Source: the human T2T-CHM13v2.0 reference genome, Homo sapiens | Direction: 5' to 3' (one strand) | DNA: 64,000 nucleotides | Assembly (NCBI RefSeq): GCF_009914755.1 | Contig: NC_060932.1 | Part shown: one piece after another, positions 13,406 to 28,780 of the stretch | Numbering within the stretch: the first letter of the stretch is position 1 | Layout: every line of letters starts with the position of its first letter | Notes under the pieces: model-generated | What the model saw: the letters and a program-made list of their open reading frames with translations, nothing else | The model's database searches: none | Told to the model about the DNA's origin: nothing | Position numbers and translations under genes: made by a program

Positions 13406-16333
13406 ATAACCTCATAATAGCATTTAATCTCATTCAAGGATAGATAGGTAGACAGGTGAACTTTGGTGAGGTGGTTGTAACACACAATGAATAGGTTAGC
13501 AAAAAGCTTCTGACAATCCTTGGGTACTCTACACTCCTATTTGCTACATTTATTCTATATTCTGATTAAATAAACTATTTCATTCCTTTAAATGTATAGA
13601 TCACTTTACAGATCTAGAGGCTGAAATTTTTGTTTAAAGCAACAAAGTAAGGTAACAGCAAACTGATGTTAATTAACAGAGACAGGAAAACAGTGTAACG
13701 GTACTTGCTAGAAGCCAACATATTTCATTGCTATACTTTAAATCCCCTCTAATTTCAGTCTCATTCTCCCCAAATTTAACATTACAATTTCAAAGGTAAT
13801 TTATCTTCTCACTGATCCTCAACTGGCAACAGCACTAAGTACAGGTTCTTCGGTTTCATAATTCTCTGCCTAACTCTAACATATAACATATCTGCATGTT
13901 CAAATACCCCTAAACTGGATTAAACCTGACAGATCCTTTCTTGCAGAATTTCTAAAGCAAAAAAAAAAACGTATAATTAAACCTTCAAAGGTTTCAATTC
14001 TCAAAGACAGAAAGGTATTTCTGACATCACATACTCTACAAGGTGATGGTTTCCATATACTTGGAACTGTTAAACAAGGTACATCCACTCATGTTTCATG
14101 ACTCTCAGCAATCACGTTAATGGCAAAAGTGGCATCATCTGCCACCAGTGCAGTTCCTTCAGTCTCATTCCACTTATTTCCCACCCAGTTCAAATGCCAC
14201 CTCCTCCATGAACCTTTCCTGGTAGTTGTAATTTCCTTCCTACAGAAGTCTACAAATTCTCTCATATCTAGTCATTTGTGTTTCTATCCGAACTGTCTTC
14301 ACAGACTCTAAGCAAAGACAGAATACAACTTGCCAAGTCTTTCCTTACCCCTCTGCTTTTCTGGATACAGTTCCAACAACGAAAAAAAGTACATTACTGG
14401 TACGTAACTTATTTCAGAGGCAGAAAATGTTCCTGATCTTAATCTCAAAAAAACTAACTCTCCAGGTCTTCCGTCTCAAATTAAATACGTGAGCAGTGTG
14501 AATATACAGATTTAAGATAGTTTCCCATATAACTCTTAAAAGATCACTTACCATGGAAGGAAAAAAACACTAAGTAACTCAATAATCATATTAGGAAACT
14601 GCCTATAAAGTGACCCCACCTCACCCCAACTCTGGATATCCACTCATGGAATAAAACTTTTACATACCCATACAATTTTATTTTGAAGTAAAGGGCTTAA
14701 TAATTCATGCAAAGAACCAACAGATACAGTCAATGAAGGTTACCTACAATACTAAATCACAGACTCCTGTAGAAAAAGTCTTCAAATTCACCTCTTGTCA
14801 TCCATGTTGGAGAAAGCAGGTATTGCCAAAACAAAAATGCAGTACATGTAAAAAATCTGTGACCAGATAAATTCTGCTAGAAAAAGAAATACTGTAAGAA
14901 TATTTCTGGCATTTCTCCAAAGGCAAACCATCTAAATCTTAAAGCCTAAGTCTTGGAGTGGTGGTCTTGCCTATACCATTTTTTTTTTTTTGGAGCAACT
15001 ATTGTGTACTATATAGATGGTAGAGACAAGCACCTTTCTAAAAAGACAACCTATCTCTAACCACAGAACATGGTCCGCAGTTAAATTATCATGCACTTTC
15101 TTAAGTAAACAGGCAGTCAGTCCTCAATTTTTACACAGTTCTTTTAAACAACTCTTGCACCATACCACAAACACTGACACTTCTTAAACGCTGCTTCTCA
15201 TGCCAACTGTTTCACGTTATCACTGATATCAATAAATTCAAACTATCACGTGGGGTGGTCCCACCTGCCAGCCACTATAGCTAGGGAAAAAGGCTATATA
15301 AACTTTGAGCCCTTTCTGATGATCATTTACTGGTGCCAACATCTAGAAGGCACATCCCCACTCCAGCCCCGCCCCCAGCAAACTGAGATCCTGGGCTAGT
15401 TTATTCAATGCAAAGGGTATCCCAACCCCAAATCCCTTTTCACACAGTCCTGGAGGAAGCCAATGGCGAACCACCTAAGGCAAGTTCATAGGGGAGCCCT
15501 TTTAAGGAGATCTTTGTTATAAGACCTCCTATATAAACTGAGTCTTCGGCTTGTGCTGCATCATGGATTTGTTTCTGGGTGAAGGGAACAATGCCTTTCC
15601 CCCATGCACTCTGTATTACGACAAACATTAGGAGCTACCTTGGCCTATGAGGCTGGGAATGACAAAGAGCCAGGAAGGATTATTCCTATAGCCTTAGAAG
15701 TATCCTTTCCCCCAGATGAACCACAATCTCACACAAATATATACACTCCACTGGGGTTGGGGCTAACATAAAGAGTCACACCAGCCTTCTGTTTGCCTCA
15801 GCCCAAGCAAGAAGCACCAACCCGTTAGAAATGAGTCTCTTCATCTGTGTATGAAAAACTTGCTCATTATATGCCTGAAAGTTGAATTAGACACTCAATT
15901 TTCAGACACATTTTTAAAAATCCATTTTTTAATGCTTGTATCTGAATTTAACCCTGATCTTCGGTACTCCAACTTTGGGATTTCATGGTGAAGGTAGGAA
16001 AATGAGAGATGTAATATAATTATTTTGACAACACACACAGAAAAAAAAATCACTACATTTTCACATCAAAAAATGCCAGTAAGGCCATAATCTTGCAATA
16101 AATAAACACAAAATTAGCTATATTTAAAACTCCCCATTTTGTCCTTAATTTTTTTCATCTCACAGTTGACCACAGGAAACTTAAGAGTTTAACAATGAGG
16201 AACCAATGAGTAAGACTGTTGTGATGGCCAAACAGGAACTAAAAATGTTACCAGGAACAAAAGAATTTAGGCTTCAAGAAAGCAAAGACCATATATGTTC
16301 ATTTCTTTCTAGCTCTTTATAGGAGGGTTTTCT

Positions 16334-16667
16334 GTTTTCTTTTTTTTTTTCCCAAGGGGCACAGTCCTGCTCTGTCACCCAGACAGAGTGGTGGTGCAGT
16401 GGTGTAAGCATAGCTCACTGCAGCCTCAAACTCCTGGGTTCAAGAGATCCTCCTGCCTCACCTCCTGAGTAGGTGGGATTACAAGCACATGTCACCACAC
16501 CAGGCTAATTTTTATTTTTTGTAGAGACGAGTGGGGTGGGTGAGGGTAGGGGGGAGGTGTCTTGCTGTGTTGCACAGGCTGGTCTCAAACTCCTGGCTTC
16601 AAATGATCCCGTCTGCCTTGGGCTGCCAAAGACCTGGTATTACTGGTGTCAGCCATCATGCCCAGCC
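16334..16667 (-). mobile_element. Alu (AluJ-like)
   Basis: Reverse Alu; TSD TAGGAGGGTTTTCT. Confidence 0.88.
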
Positions 16668-16777
16668 TAGGAGGGTTTTCTCTGAAAGTAAATCAGAACC
16701 TTTGGTTGTGGTAGAAAATGCATATAATATTATTTAACACAGTTGCCTCAGCAGCTTCCTTTCTTCACCTCTTACAA

Positions 16778-17940
16778 GGTTTGATTCTCAAACTTGTTAA
16801 ATCTCAAGACCACCTTATACTCTTAAAAACTACTGAAGACCCCAAAAATCTTTTGTTTATGTGGGTTACATCTGTTGATAACACTAAAGTTAACCAATAA
16901 AATTTGTGAATATTTTAAAAATAAACTAACTAAATATTGACATAAATTACCTACCTATAAAAAATTTTCCCAAAAATATTTGACAAGGGGGGCTGTTTTA
17001 CATTTTTGCAAACCTCTTTATTATCAAGCTTCATATAAACTAGATTTCTCTGATCTGCTTCTGCCTTTATCTATCACAATATATTGTTTTGGTATATGAA
17101 GTATATGAAGAAAAGCTGGCCCTAGATAGAAAAGTTACGGAAAAGTGAGGTACATTTTAATATCCTTTCCAGATAACCACAGGTATTATTCTTTGATATT
17201 ATACCAAAACTCAGCAAGTGATTTCTTAAAGGTTGAGAGCAATGTGGAAATCTGAAACCTATTAATGAACTTTGAATAACTCAAGTATGATTTTGTCATC
17301 TGGACCAGGATACACTGGTCATTTGGAAAACACTGATTTATTGACTGACACAGATACTCAAAAATCACATTTGCTAATGTTACTATCAATCTACAGTGTC
17401 AAACTCACAGTAATGGGTACAAGTTTCCCAAAATTCTAAAATTTGCTTGAAAGTTCAAATTTATCACCAGAAACAAATACCTTCATTGTTTTCTGTAAAT
17501 TAACAGGCTTACTTGTTCATTTTCAAGAAAATGTCTGTTAAATATCCAAGTCTGAATAACCATTATTTGTCAGTCAGTCTCAAATAAAAATGGTTTCCAT
17601 GAAGAAAGGGGCTTGTTTTAAAACGATCTTATGCTCAAAGGTATAGATTTAATACAGTTAATAACTCCTACTGTTTCATCAAGGACACTTTGAAGTGAAA
17701 CTGGCTTTTTCCCCTACAAGTACAAGAAAAGCAAAGAATACAATGACAATTAGTTGTACAGTTTGGTGCCACTGCTTTGATTTCTGCCAAAAAGCCAGTA
17801 TTTTACCCACCACTGCTTTTAAACCACAGCACAGATGTCAAAATGGTGAAAAAGCCTCCGTTTTATTATAAAGACAGTTTTGACCTCAGAGCCCCTGTAA
17901 GACTCTTGGAGGTCCACAGACCACACTCCGAGAACTGCCA
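16778..17940. mobile_element. Charlie1-family hAT DNA transposon fossil (a related fragment lies at ~19325-19480)
   Basis: TTCTCAAACTT..TACTCTTAAAAACTACTGAAGACCCCAAAAATCTTTTGTTTATGTGGGTTA start and GGTCCACAGACCACACTCCGAGAACTGC end. Confidence 0.7.
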
Positions 17941-18009
17941 TACTCTAAATGCACAGTGCCATTAAAGTGACCAATACTAAATCGACATTGGGGGGAAAAT
18001 GAGTAATAA

Positions 18010-18341
<332 letters not shown>

Positions 18342-18354
18342 GGGATATTCTTTT

Positions 18355-19165
18355 TAACTGATAGATATATTTATGGGGTGCATGCATACAACATGTACAT
18401 GTACACAATGTGTATACATGTATACAATGTGTTAATAATCAAATCAGGGTAATTGGGATTTCACCTCAAACATTTATCATTTGTGATAAGAACATTCCAG
18501 ATCTTCTCTTCAAGCTATTTGGAAACATACAACAAATTATTGATAACTATAGTCACCATACTGTGCTACTGAACACTAGAACTTATTCCTTCTTAACTGT
18601 ATTTTTGTACCCGTTAACCAACCTGTCTTCATCCTACCTTCCCCGCTACCTTTCCCAGCCTTTAGTAACCACCATTCTTTCTACTCTATACCTCTATGAG
18701 ATCAACTTTTGATATATGGGATCATATATGGGATGATATATGGGATCATAGCTCCCACATATGAATGAGAACATGCAGTTTTTGTCTTCCTGTGCCTGGC
18801 TTATTTAACTTAATGTAATGTCCTCCTGGCTCATCCATGTTGTTGCAAATGACAAGATTTCATTATTTTTTATGGCTGAATAGTATTCCACTGTATATAT
18901 ACACCACATTTTTAACCAGTCATCTGCTGAGGGGACACTTAAGTTTTGATTCCCTATCTTGGCTATTGTGACTAGTGCTGCGATAAACATCTCTTAAATA
19001 TACTGATTTCAATTCTTTTGGACATATACCCAGCAGTGGGACTGTTGGATTATATGGTGGTTCTATTTTTTAGTTTTCTGAGCATCCTCCATACTGTTTT
19101 CCATAATGGCTGTACTAATTTACATTCCCACCAACAGTATATGAGAGTTCTCCTTTCTCCACATT
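18355..19165 (-). mobile_element. L1MA/L1MB 3' end remnant
   Basis: Minus-strand MFIAALVTIAK..EYYSAIKNNEILSFATTW (ORF2 C-terminus) plus L1 3'UTR-like sequence. Confidence 0.85.
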
Positions 19166-19182
19166 AAATTATGCATATCCTT

Positions 19183-19213
<31 letters not shown>

Positions 19214-19432
19214 GACAAGGTCTTACTATGTTGCCCAGGCCTCAAACTCCTGGACTCAAATGATCCTCCCACCTCAGCCTCCCCAGTAGCTGAGACTATG
19301 GACGCATTCCACCATGGCCAGCATTGGATATTCTCTGATACTACATCAAAACTCAACAAGTCATAGTTCCTCAAAAATTAGTTACAATGTTAAATCTGAC
19401 GCCCCATCAATGAATTTTTCATACTGTTATAA

Positions 19433-19800
<368 letters not shown>

Positions 19801-20607
19801 CCTGAATCTGTTCAGATTATAAAATGGTGTAGCAGCTGGTTATGATGGCTCATGCCTGTAATCTCATCAACTCAGGAGGCTGAGGCAGAAGGATCTCTTG
19901 AGTCCAGGAGTTTGAGGTAAAAGTGAGCTATGATCGCCCCACTGCACTCCAGCCTGGACACAGAGCTTAGCAACTATAGGCCTCCGGGTTTGACATATAA
20001 GAATTAAAGAATTGCTACAAGTTTATTTCTTTGGTGAAAAGCAATCTGATCACAGTCTTATACTTCAGATTTCAGCTTGCACATTGATCCCTGTTAACCA
20101 ATGCTCAGTCACAAGCCTTAACCACATTTTATTTAAATTTGCATCAACAATTTCTAAATCAGTGGTCTCACTTTTCTCACTTACTGCCTACCCAAATAAA
20201 TCTGTGCCAAGTAGCAAACATCTGACTGACTTTACTCTTGGGTTAAATGACCCCAAATTACACAAAAGACAAAACAAAACACAGAAAGACAAAACAAAAG
20301 ATGGTTTTTGTGAGGTAAGTTTCATCTGTTGGCTTCTTGAATCATAGTTTGTAAGGAGGACTTACACTTTTATTAATGCTTATGAAGATGATAAATGCCA
20401 GTTTATATATAATGCATTCATGTTACCCTAAATAAGAACATTCACCTTCAAGATGCATTCAAAGAAGAAAATGAAGTTTCTAAATAAATATTGTAACTTC
20501 ATAAAGGGATATAAACTTTTTTAATGTGAACTTCTAACTATTCCCCTTAGTTATCAGTTTTAGTTGAAACTGTCAAAAAGATTTCTATTAAACTCAGAAA
20601 ATTCATG

Positions 20608-20650
20608 TTTCTCTAGTTTGCAGAGAAAAATGCTCTGCAAACTAGAGAAA
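20608..20650. repeat. Perfect 18-bp inverted repeat with 7-nt loop
   Basis: TTTCTCTAGTTTGCAGAG-AAAAATG-CTCTGCAAACTAGAGAAA. Confidence 0.95.
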
Positions 20651-20861
20651 AATTACATTATTCATGGTCATTTCATTAGCTAAACTGTTAAAATGTATAC
20701 CTACAACCAATTTCTTCCTCTAACCTGAAAAATACTCTGATTAGAAATTCTTATATTGTACCACAAATAACACTTTTCCTAATTAAGTGAAAAGGAGACC
20801 AAAATCCCAAACTACTGGGGCCATTTGAAAGATAAACACATCTCTGAAAAACGAAATGCTG

Positions 20862-20863
<2 letters not shown>

Positions 20864-20897
<34 letters not shown>
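20864..20897. repeat. (CA)n microsatellite
   Basis: Uninterrupted CA run. Confidence 0.95.
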
Positions 20898-20900
<3 letters not shown>

Positions 20901-21834
20901 AGTCATGTTCCTTTTTTGTTTTTGTTTTTCCTTTTTGTGGAGAACGGGGTCTCGCTATATTGCCCAGGCAGCTCTCGAACTCCTGGGCTCAAGCTGTCCT
21001 CCCACCTCTTGCCTCCCTGAGAGCTGGGATTACAGGTGTGAGCCACCGCACCCAGCCCAGTCATGTACCTTTAAAGCAAAATCAATCACGTTATTTTCAG
21101 CTCCGTTCGAAACAGGAAAAGGAAAAGAATGCACATGCCAAACAAGAAGAAATTTGGTAAGAAAAGATTCAAGATATGGCCTTTATACACTAATTATTCT
21201 TAATAATTTCATAAGTCCTTCTGTCTTACCTAATTTCATTTGTTTAACAGTAAGACTATATATACATTCATACAAGAATCAAACTATGCTAGCAGATAAG
21301 ACCGAAAGACTTCTTCAGGGCTCCTGACCAAAAAAGTGTAGCATCCGACCAAAATTTCAAGAGAATATACTAGGCTTTCTTCACCATAGACCATCCACAT
21401 TCTGAATACCTGTGACTTCATTCCGTAAAGCATCTCCCAAATGCAGATAATGTATTCAAATTACTACAAATCCAATTTTAACTCTACATACAAATAAAAT
21501 ATCTCAAGAGATAGCTGATGTACTTCATAGTATAAACACTGCTATTTGGTAAGTTATTCAGTCCTTGAGAAAGAACTGTAAACTGAAATAAAATACCTGA
21601 AATGAAATCTGATTTCTCTATAGAAACAAGACAATCGGGGTTATATTCCTGATCGAGGATCTTGATGCCATTAGATTCTGGAGAGTTTCTTTGTACGAGA
21701 TTTACTGAGATGGCTTCTTGTTGCCGTTTTATTAACGTCAAAGATGAAATCGCAGTTTTGCTGCCTTTGAAATGGTCACTTTACGTCCTAAGCTGCCATT
21801 TCATCAGCCCCAGGCATCACACCTACTCTCTTGT

Positions 21835-22095
21835 GAGGGGCAGCTTGGTGAGGTGTGAAGAGTACGCTGTAGTGTCACAGAAACCTGGGTTTGATTCCAT
21901 CTCTACTGTGAACTGGCTCTGGAACTTTGGTAGAGCTTATTTTAACATCCCAGAGGCATGGAAGGTTTCTTCATCTATTAAATGCAGATAGAACTACCAC
22001 TTGTCTAGCAGTGATGCTGTAAGGATTCAAGATAATTTTGTAATATACCTTGGAAAGAGCAGGCACTTAAGTGTTCAATAAATGGCAGCCATTTA
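21835..22095 (+). mobile_element. MIR SINE
   Basis: CCTGGGTTTGATTCC..GTTTCTTCATCTATTAAATG core. Confidence 0.6.
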
Positions 22096-22992
22096 TCAAT
22101 ATTACTGAAATGTATTTTTCATCCTTGGATAGCTCACTATATTGCTACTTCAACTCTGCCAAGCTCTGGCTTGAAGTGGTTCTCAAACTAAATAGGGCCT
22201 TATTTGATTCCTAAGATCTGCTAGGAACTTGAGGATCCAGGGAATGAAAGCTAAGTCTGGGAATTCTTGGAAAAAGAAATCTGTGAACACACTGTAACTC
22301 CTTGTTTCTTATACACGAGTTTTTATTTCAGCGTTTTTTTTTCTTCTGGTCACTACCGTCACTCTAATCGCATCTCTCTCTTCCAGAAGGAGCCTGTACT
22401 CCAAACACAATTCCCTAACTAAATCATACTCACAAACTACTCTTTTATTTTTGTTTACATAACTATTCCCTCAGCCTTAGAATAACCATATCCCTTCTGA
22501 ATGGCACTGTCAGAAAAAAGAAAGCAGGTACGTAGGTAGGTAGGTGACATACAGATATTAGACAGACTGACAGAATAACTATATCCCTACTGCCTTCTGC
22601 ACACATAGCTACTAGTCTCAGGCCTACACTGAAACAAACTGTGGGAAACCTTAATTTACCCTTCACTCCAGACTAAACTAGGCATTTCTCTGAATTCCAA
22701 TATACCTAGTACATATTTCCCAACAGCAGTTCTTATACTCAAACTACTTGTACAATCAAATATCTGTCTCCCTCACTGCCAAACAAACTCTTAAGGCAAG
22801 AACTATGTTTTATTAATTTCAAAATTCCCAATACCTGACACATAGTAAATGCTTATTTATATGGATGGGGGAGCTTAACAAACGGACATTCATGTCTTAG
22901 CTCTAAGCCCTACACTGTCTCAAAATGGTGGATTTGCGACTTTTTAAAAAGTCTTTCTTTTAAAATGTTTAAACGTTTAAAAAGTAATTTTT

Positions 22993-23307
<315 letters not shown>

Positions 23308-24409
23308 AGTGATTTTAAAACATTCTGCTGTGACCAATATTAGCAGACTAGGTTTTATAAAACACAACAAAGGAATGTTGTCCTGCAAAATAATCCCCCA
23401 TAGGCTACATTATAATTCAAATGGTGCTATAAGAGTATGAGGAATTTCTGAAACTCTGAGAATTAGCCCCAGAAAGAGTTTACCAGACAAACAGGAAAGT
23501 TACTCAATACTTCATAGTTGTGGGATACTCTCCCAGTCCTCTTGCCTAAGAAGACAATCTTCTTTCTCCTCTCCCTCTCCCTCCCCTGCGGTTTGTATCT
23601 GGGCTGGTGTTAGGGAAATGTGCTACAGGGACCAAAAGGAAGCTGGAAGCAATAGCAAGGGGGAAGGAGAGCTTATCAGGAAGCAAAATTACAGATAAAA
23701 GCCTATTATAGTGCAGAGCCTGGCTGTCTAAGCGCCTTACATTGGTAACAGGAATCTAACTGGTGAAGTGCCTTAACATGAAAATTATAGGAAGTCCGAT
23801 CACTGGAGGTCTTCCAATGGCAAGTAATACAATAAAATATTCTAACACCTAATGCTTACCAGAATAGGAATAATTGGATATAAACATACACATTAAATTG
23901 TTTCTTTGGTTTGGGCAATCATCAACATTGTAGCTTTCATGAAAAGGCAAAATTAGTGCCAGACTGGTCCTACCGAGTCAATCAAAAGCCCTGGGTTTTG
24001 ACTCCCAGCTCTGACACCGTGTAACCTTGGATACCTCATTTAACATCTCTTGCTCTCATGTTCCCACTTCTGTCAAAAATTTATCTGTTTCACAAAGTTG
24101 TTTTAAGAAATAGGTAACATCACATGCAAAAGTAATGTGTACTCTCTAAAATAAGAGTGCCTAAATATGGCTCATCATCGAAATCCCTGGGGAACAATTA
24201 AAAAGACATATTCTTAGGCCCCATTTAAACCTACTAAATCAGAAATCTCTAAATACAAGGCTCAATAACTTATATTCTGGCTAAATAAATATTGGTATAT
24301 GCATGAAATATCTCTGGAAGGAATAATACCAATCACCTATGAGGAAGGGAAGTAGAAGGCCAGGAAACAGAAGAGGGAGGGAGGCTTTTCACTGTATGCC
24401 AATTTACAA

Positions 24410-24698
24410 TTATTTATTTATTTATTTTTATTTTTTGAGACGGAGTCTCGCAATGTTGCCCAGGCTGGAGTGCAGTGGTGCAATCTCAGCTCACTGCAAT
24501 TCCACCTCCCAGGTTCAAGCAATTCTCCTGCCTCAGCCTCCCAAGTAGCTAGGATTACAGGCGCCCGCTACCACACCTGGCTAATTTTTTTGTATTTTTA
24601 GTAGAGACAGGGTTTCACTATGTTGGCCAGGCTGGTCTCGAACTCCTGACCTCGTGATCTGCCCGCCTAGGCTTCCCAAAGTGCTGGGATTACGGGCA
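24410..24698 (-). mobile_element. Alu
   Basis: Reverse Alu with (TTTA)n tail. Confidence 0.9.
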
Positions 24699-25339
24699 CA
24701 ACTTTTTATTTTTAGACCACATGAACATATTACCAACTTAAAATTTTTTTAAAAAAATGTCTATGCATCCACAGTAATTCTGATGGCTCAACTAGGTTTG
24801 GAACTCACTACTCACTCTAAAACACCATAAATACACACAAGGATTAAAATATTCACAAAAGTAGGGGTCTGTTTAGGGAGGCAGTAAGTAAGCATACTAT
24901 TTCAAGTTTGGAGACTGTTGCTTAGGACAGCCCCCTCTTAGAAATTCACAATTCATACACCTCCATTAAGCCTCCAATAAGCCCTACAATGAAAAGGCCT
25001 GTTTATGCTTAATCTTATGCTTCCCAAGTTGAAGCTGAACATGGAACACTCGCTAGTAAGATCTTGGGGAACCAGAGGACACTGGTTTGAGAGCTAAGGT
25101 TCCTGAAGTAGAGCAAGTCTTAGTCATCTCTACCCTAGAACCCAAGAGAGTGTATCTAGAACATAGAAACCTCCTCCAAAAGGCACAGCTCAACAGTGAC
25201 AAACTGCTTTTCCTGTCTTTTCTCTTCGTCTAAAAATGGTTTCCCAATTTCCTTATTGTTTAATCAACTGAAAGGATTTTTTAAAGAGCATAATAATCCA
25301 CTGTGCCTAAAATCATATCGTTAAAAAATGTACAATACT

Positions 25340-25633
25340 GGCCAGGCGTGGTGGCTCACGCCTGTAATCCCAGCACTTTGGGAGGCTGAGGCAGGTGGAT
25401 CATGAGGTCAGGAGATTGAGGCCATGCTGGCCAACATGGTGAAATCCTGTCTCTATTAAAAATACAAAAATTAGCCGGGCATTGTTGGACGCGCCTATAG
25501 TCCCAGCTACTCAGGAGGCTAAGGCAGAAGAATCGCTGGAACCCAGGAGGCAGAGGTCGCAGCGAGCAGAGATCGCGCCACTGCACTTCAGCCTGGGCAA
25601 CAAAGCGAGACTCTTATCTCACAAAAAAAAAAA
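25340..25633 (+). mobile_element. Alu
   Basis: Full-length Alu. Confidence 0.92.
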
Positions 25634-26221
25634 GGTAAAATACCTACAGCCCAAATAAATGTTTTCAACCCAAATATGGCAGTAGGCATTTTTATTCCTT
25701 TAAGTGTGAAAATAAAAGATCTTTATGATTCAAAAGCGCCTTGTTTTAGGAGACAGCAATAGATTTCAGTATTGTTTTTCCTTCTCCAATATAAGCAGAC
25801 CCTGCTGGGCATCTTTATTCCCATTAAGCCAGACTAATCAAGTGAGCTGTACAATCAAACCACTTGACAACCTCATTTTTTACTGAAAACCTACAGATCT
25901 GCATAATCAGAATGGGTCTAAAGGCTATATCAAATGGCTCTTTGAAGTCTGCACCTACTTCAATGCACTCTAATGGGTCTCTAATCTAGAAACCCTTCCT
26001 TCAACTATCTAAACCAAAGCAGTCAAACAAATGTCATCAAAATTAAAAAAAACTGCCATAGCCAAATTTAAGGACTCTATCATTGTGTTTTGTCACTATG
26101 GAGCACAAATTAACATAAATGATTCCTCTCTGTGTGGTATCACAACTACCACAATAAAGGCTTGGTTTTAGTCTTCAAGGATCCACCAGAAAATGCTTCC
26201 AGTTCTTTGTCTTATAATAAA

Positions 26222-26626
<405 letters not shown>

Positions 26627-27991
26627 ACTCAATGTACGCTGACTCAACAGACTCAACAAGCGGTTCCAGACTAATATTTTAGTTTACTGACTTAGTTTAC
26701 AGCCTAATATTTTAGTTTACAGACTAATATTACTGACCAAGTAACATCTCACCCCATCTCAACGCCCACTCTCATCTTCTCCCAGTAGATACAGGGGGGT
26801 TAGGGGTAGCGGTGGGGGACAACTTGGCCTTTTAGATAGTGCATGGATATGACAGTAAGAGAGCTAATCTTGGGAAAGACTATGAAGAAGAGCTGCCTAC
26901 CTTCCAGTCCCTAATTATCTTCCCCAATACTGCTGCCTTTTTTGCCGTGCTTTTTTTTTTTTTTAAAAATGCCTGGAAATCACTTGCTAGTTACAGAGAT
27001 ACATCTCAAAGCATAACAAGTTTATTGGTATCATCAGCTACCTCCTCTCTCGGTTTCTGAAAGGGGAAGATGGTGGAGGAGTGAGTAGGGGTATATGCGA
27101 ACACTAAACTCATCTCCAGCCAGATGCTCTTTGTAACTGCCACCATCTCAAACCTGTCCTAGTAATTAATCACTATGTTAGGAGAACACAAATGTTTGTA
27201 AAACGCGGTCGCCATCATCATAGCTACAATACAGCAGTGTAGCCCTCCTGTTTTCTACAAAAATAACTGGCATCTATTTAATACTTCGGTGTGTATAAAA
27301 ACAGAAAACAAACCTAACAAAATGGAGGCAGTCTTATTAGAATATTATCAATAAATAATATTGCCATAATATTGTCATAATAAGTGTCAATTCACACTTG
27401 GACCATACAGTTCCTTTGTCCCAGACTAAATTCTCTATACCTCCTTCTTACCCTGACCACTCCACCAACCCTGATTGTCGACAGTCAGTGTAAAAACCAT
27501 TCTACAGATGTGGTTGGTCCTGTTATCTCCACTTTCTCTCCTTTCCATCAAAAGCTGAAAAAAGTGAGTAAAACTAAAACAAAAAGGAAAAAAATATAAG
27601 AAACACTTCTTAACAAGTATTTACTGAATATTATGTGCAGATATGCAAACCAGTAGAGTGAAAGAATGGCTGAAGTAGAGATGATGCATTGAGTTCACCC
27701 TGAGGAAGACTTCTCCTACTCTAAATATGTAGCTATGAAAGGCAACTGTAAAAAAGAGAAAACCAAAAGACAAAGCTGAGATGAGATACAAGATGAGTAT
27801 CTCCACACAAGAAAAACAGAGTAAAAGAGACTGGGTGCCAGAGCTGGGTTCATCCTAGAAGCCAGTTAGGCCCACATTTTTAGTAGAAAACTTCGTAACT
27901 GAAAATTTTAACAGTAACCATTAAAATAATGGAAATATAGTCTATGACTTTCGAATCAAGAGGGAGGGAAAAAAAGGAGTGCAGAAAACTA

Positions 27992-28330
<339 letters not shown>

Positions 28331-28780
28331 ACACACACAGCAAAGTAAATGGATCAGAAAATATAAAATTCAGAGAGCAGAAATAAGTCTACTTATTCAA
28401 ATAGATTAATCTCACATATTACAAGTCAAAGATTAAGGGGAAAAAAGTCAGGTATCAGTAGCGAAAAAGCATTAATAGGGATAGAGACTATATTACAATA
28501 AAAGGAACAAACTACAAAGAACATTGAATAATGTTCATGAATCTGAAAGTTTCTAACACACAGCCTCAACAATGTATATAACAAAAACTGACCATTTGAG
28601 AAGCTGTCAACTCTGATGAAAAATTTAACATGCTTTTTTTTTTTTTTTTTTTTTTTGGACATAGGATCTCCCTATGTTGCCCAGGCTGGTCTTAAATGAT
28701 CCTTCCACCTCAGCCTCCCAAGTAGCTGGGACTACAGGCAAGCACCAACATGCTCAGCAGAGAAAGTTAACATATACTTC

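Noticed and set aside
21560-21830. Locally CpG-retaining unique segment with overlapping short ORFs
   Set aside because: No recognisable product or motif architecture; enhancer status cannot be supported from sequence alone
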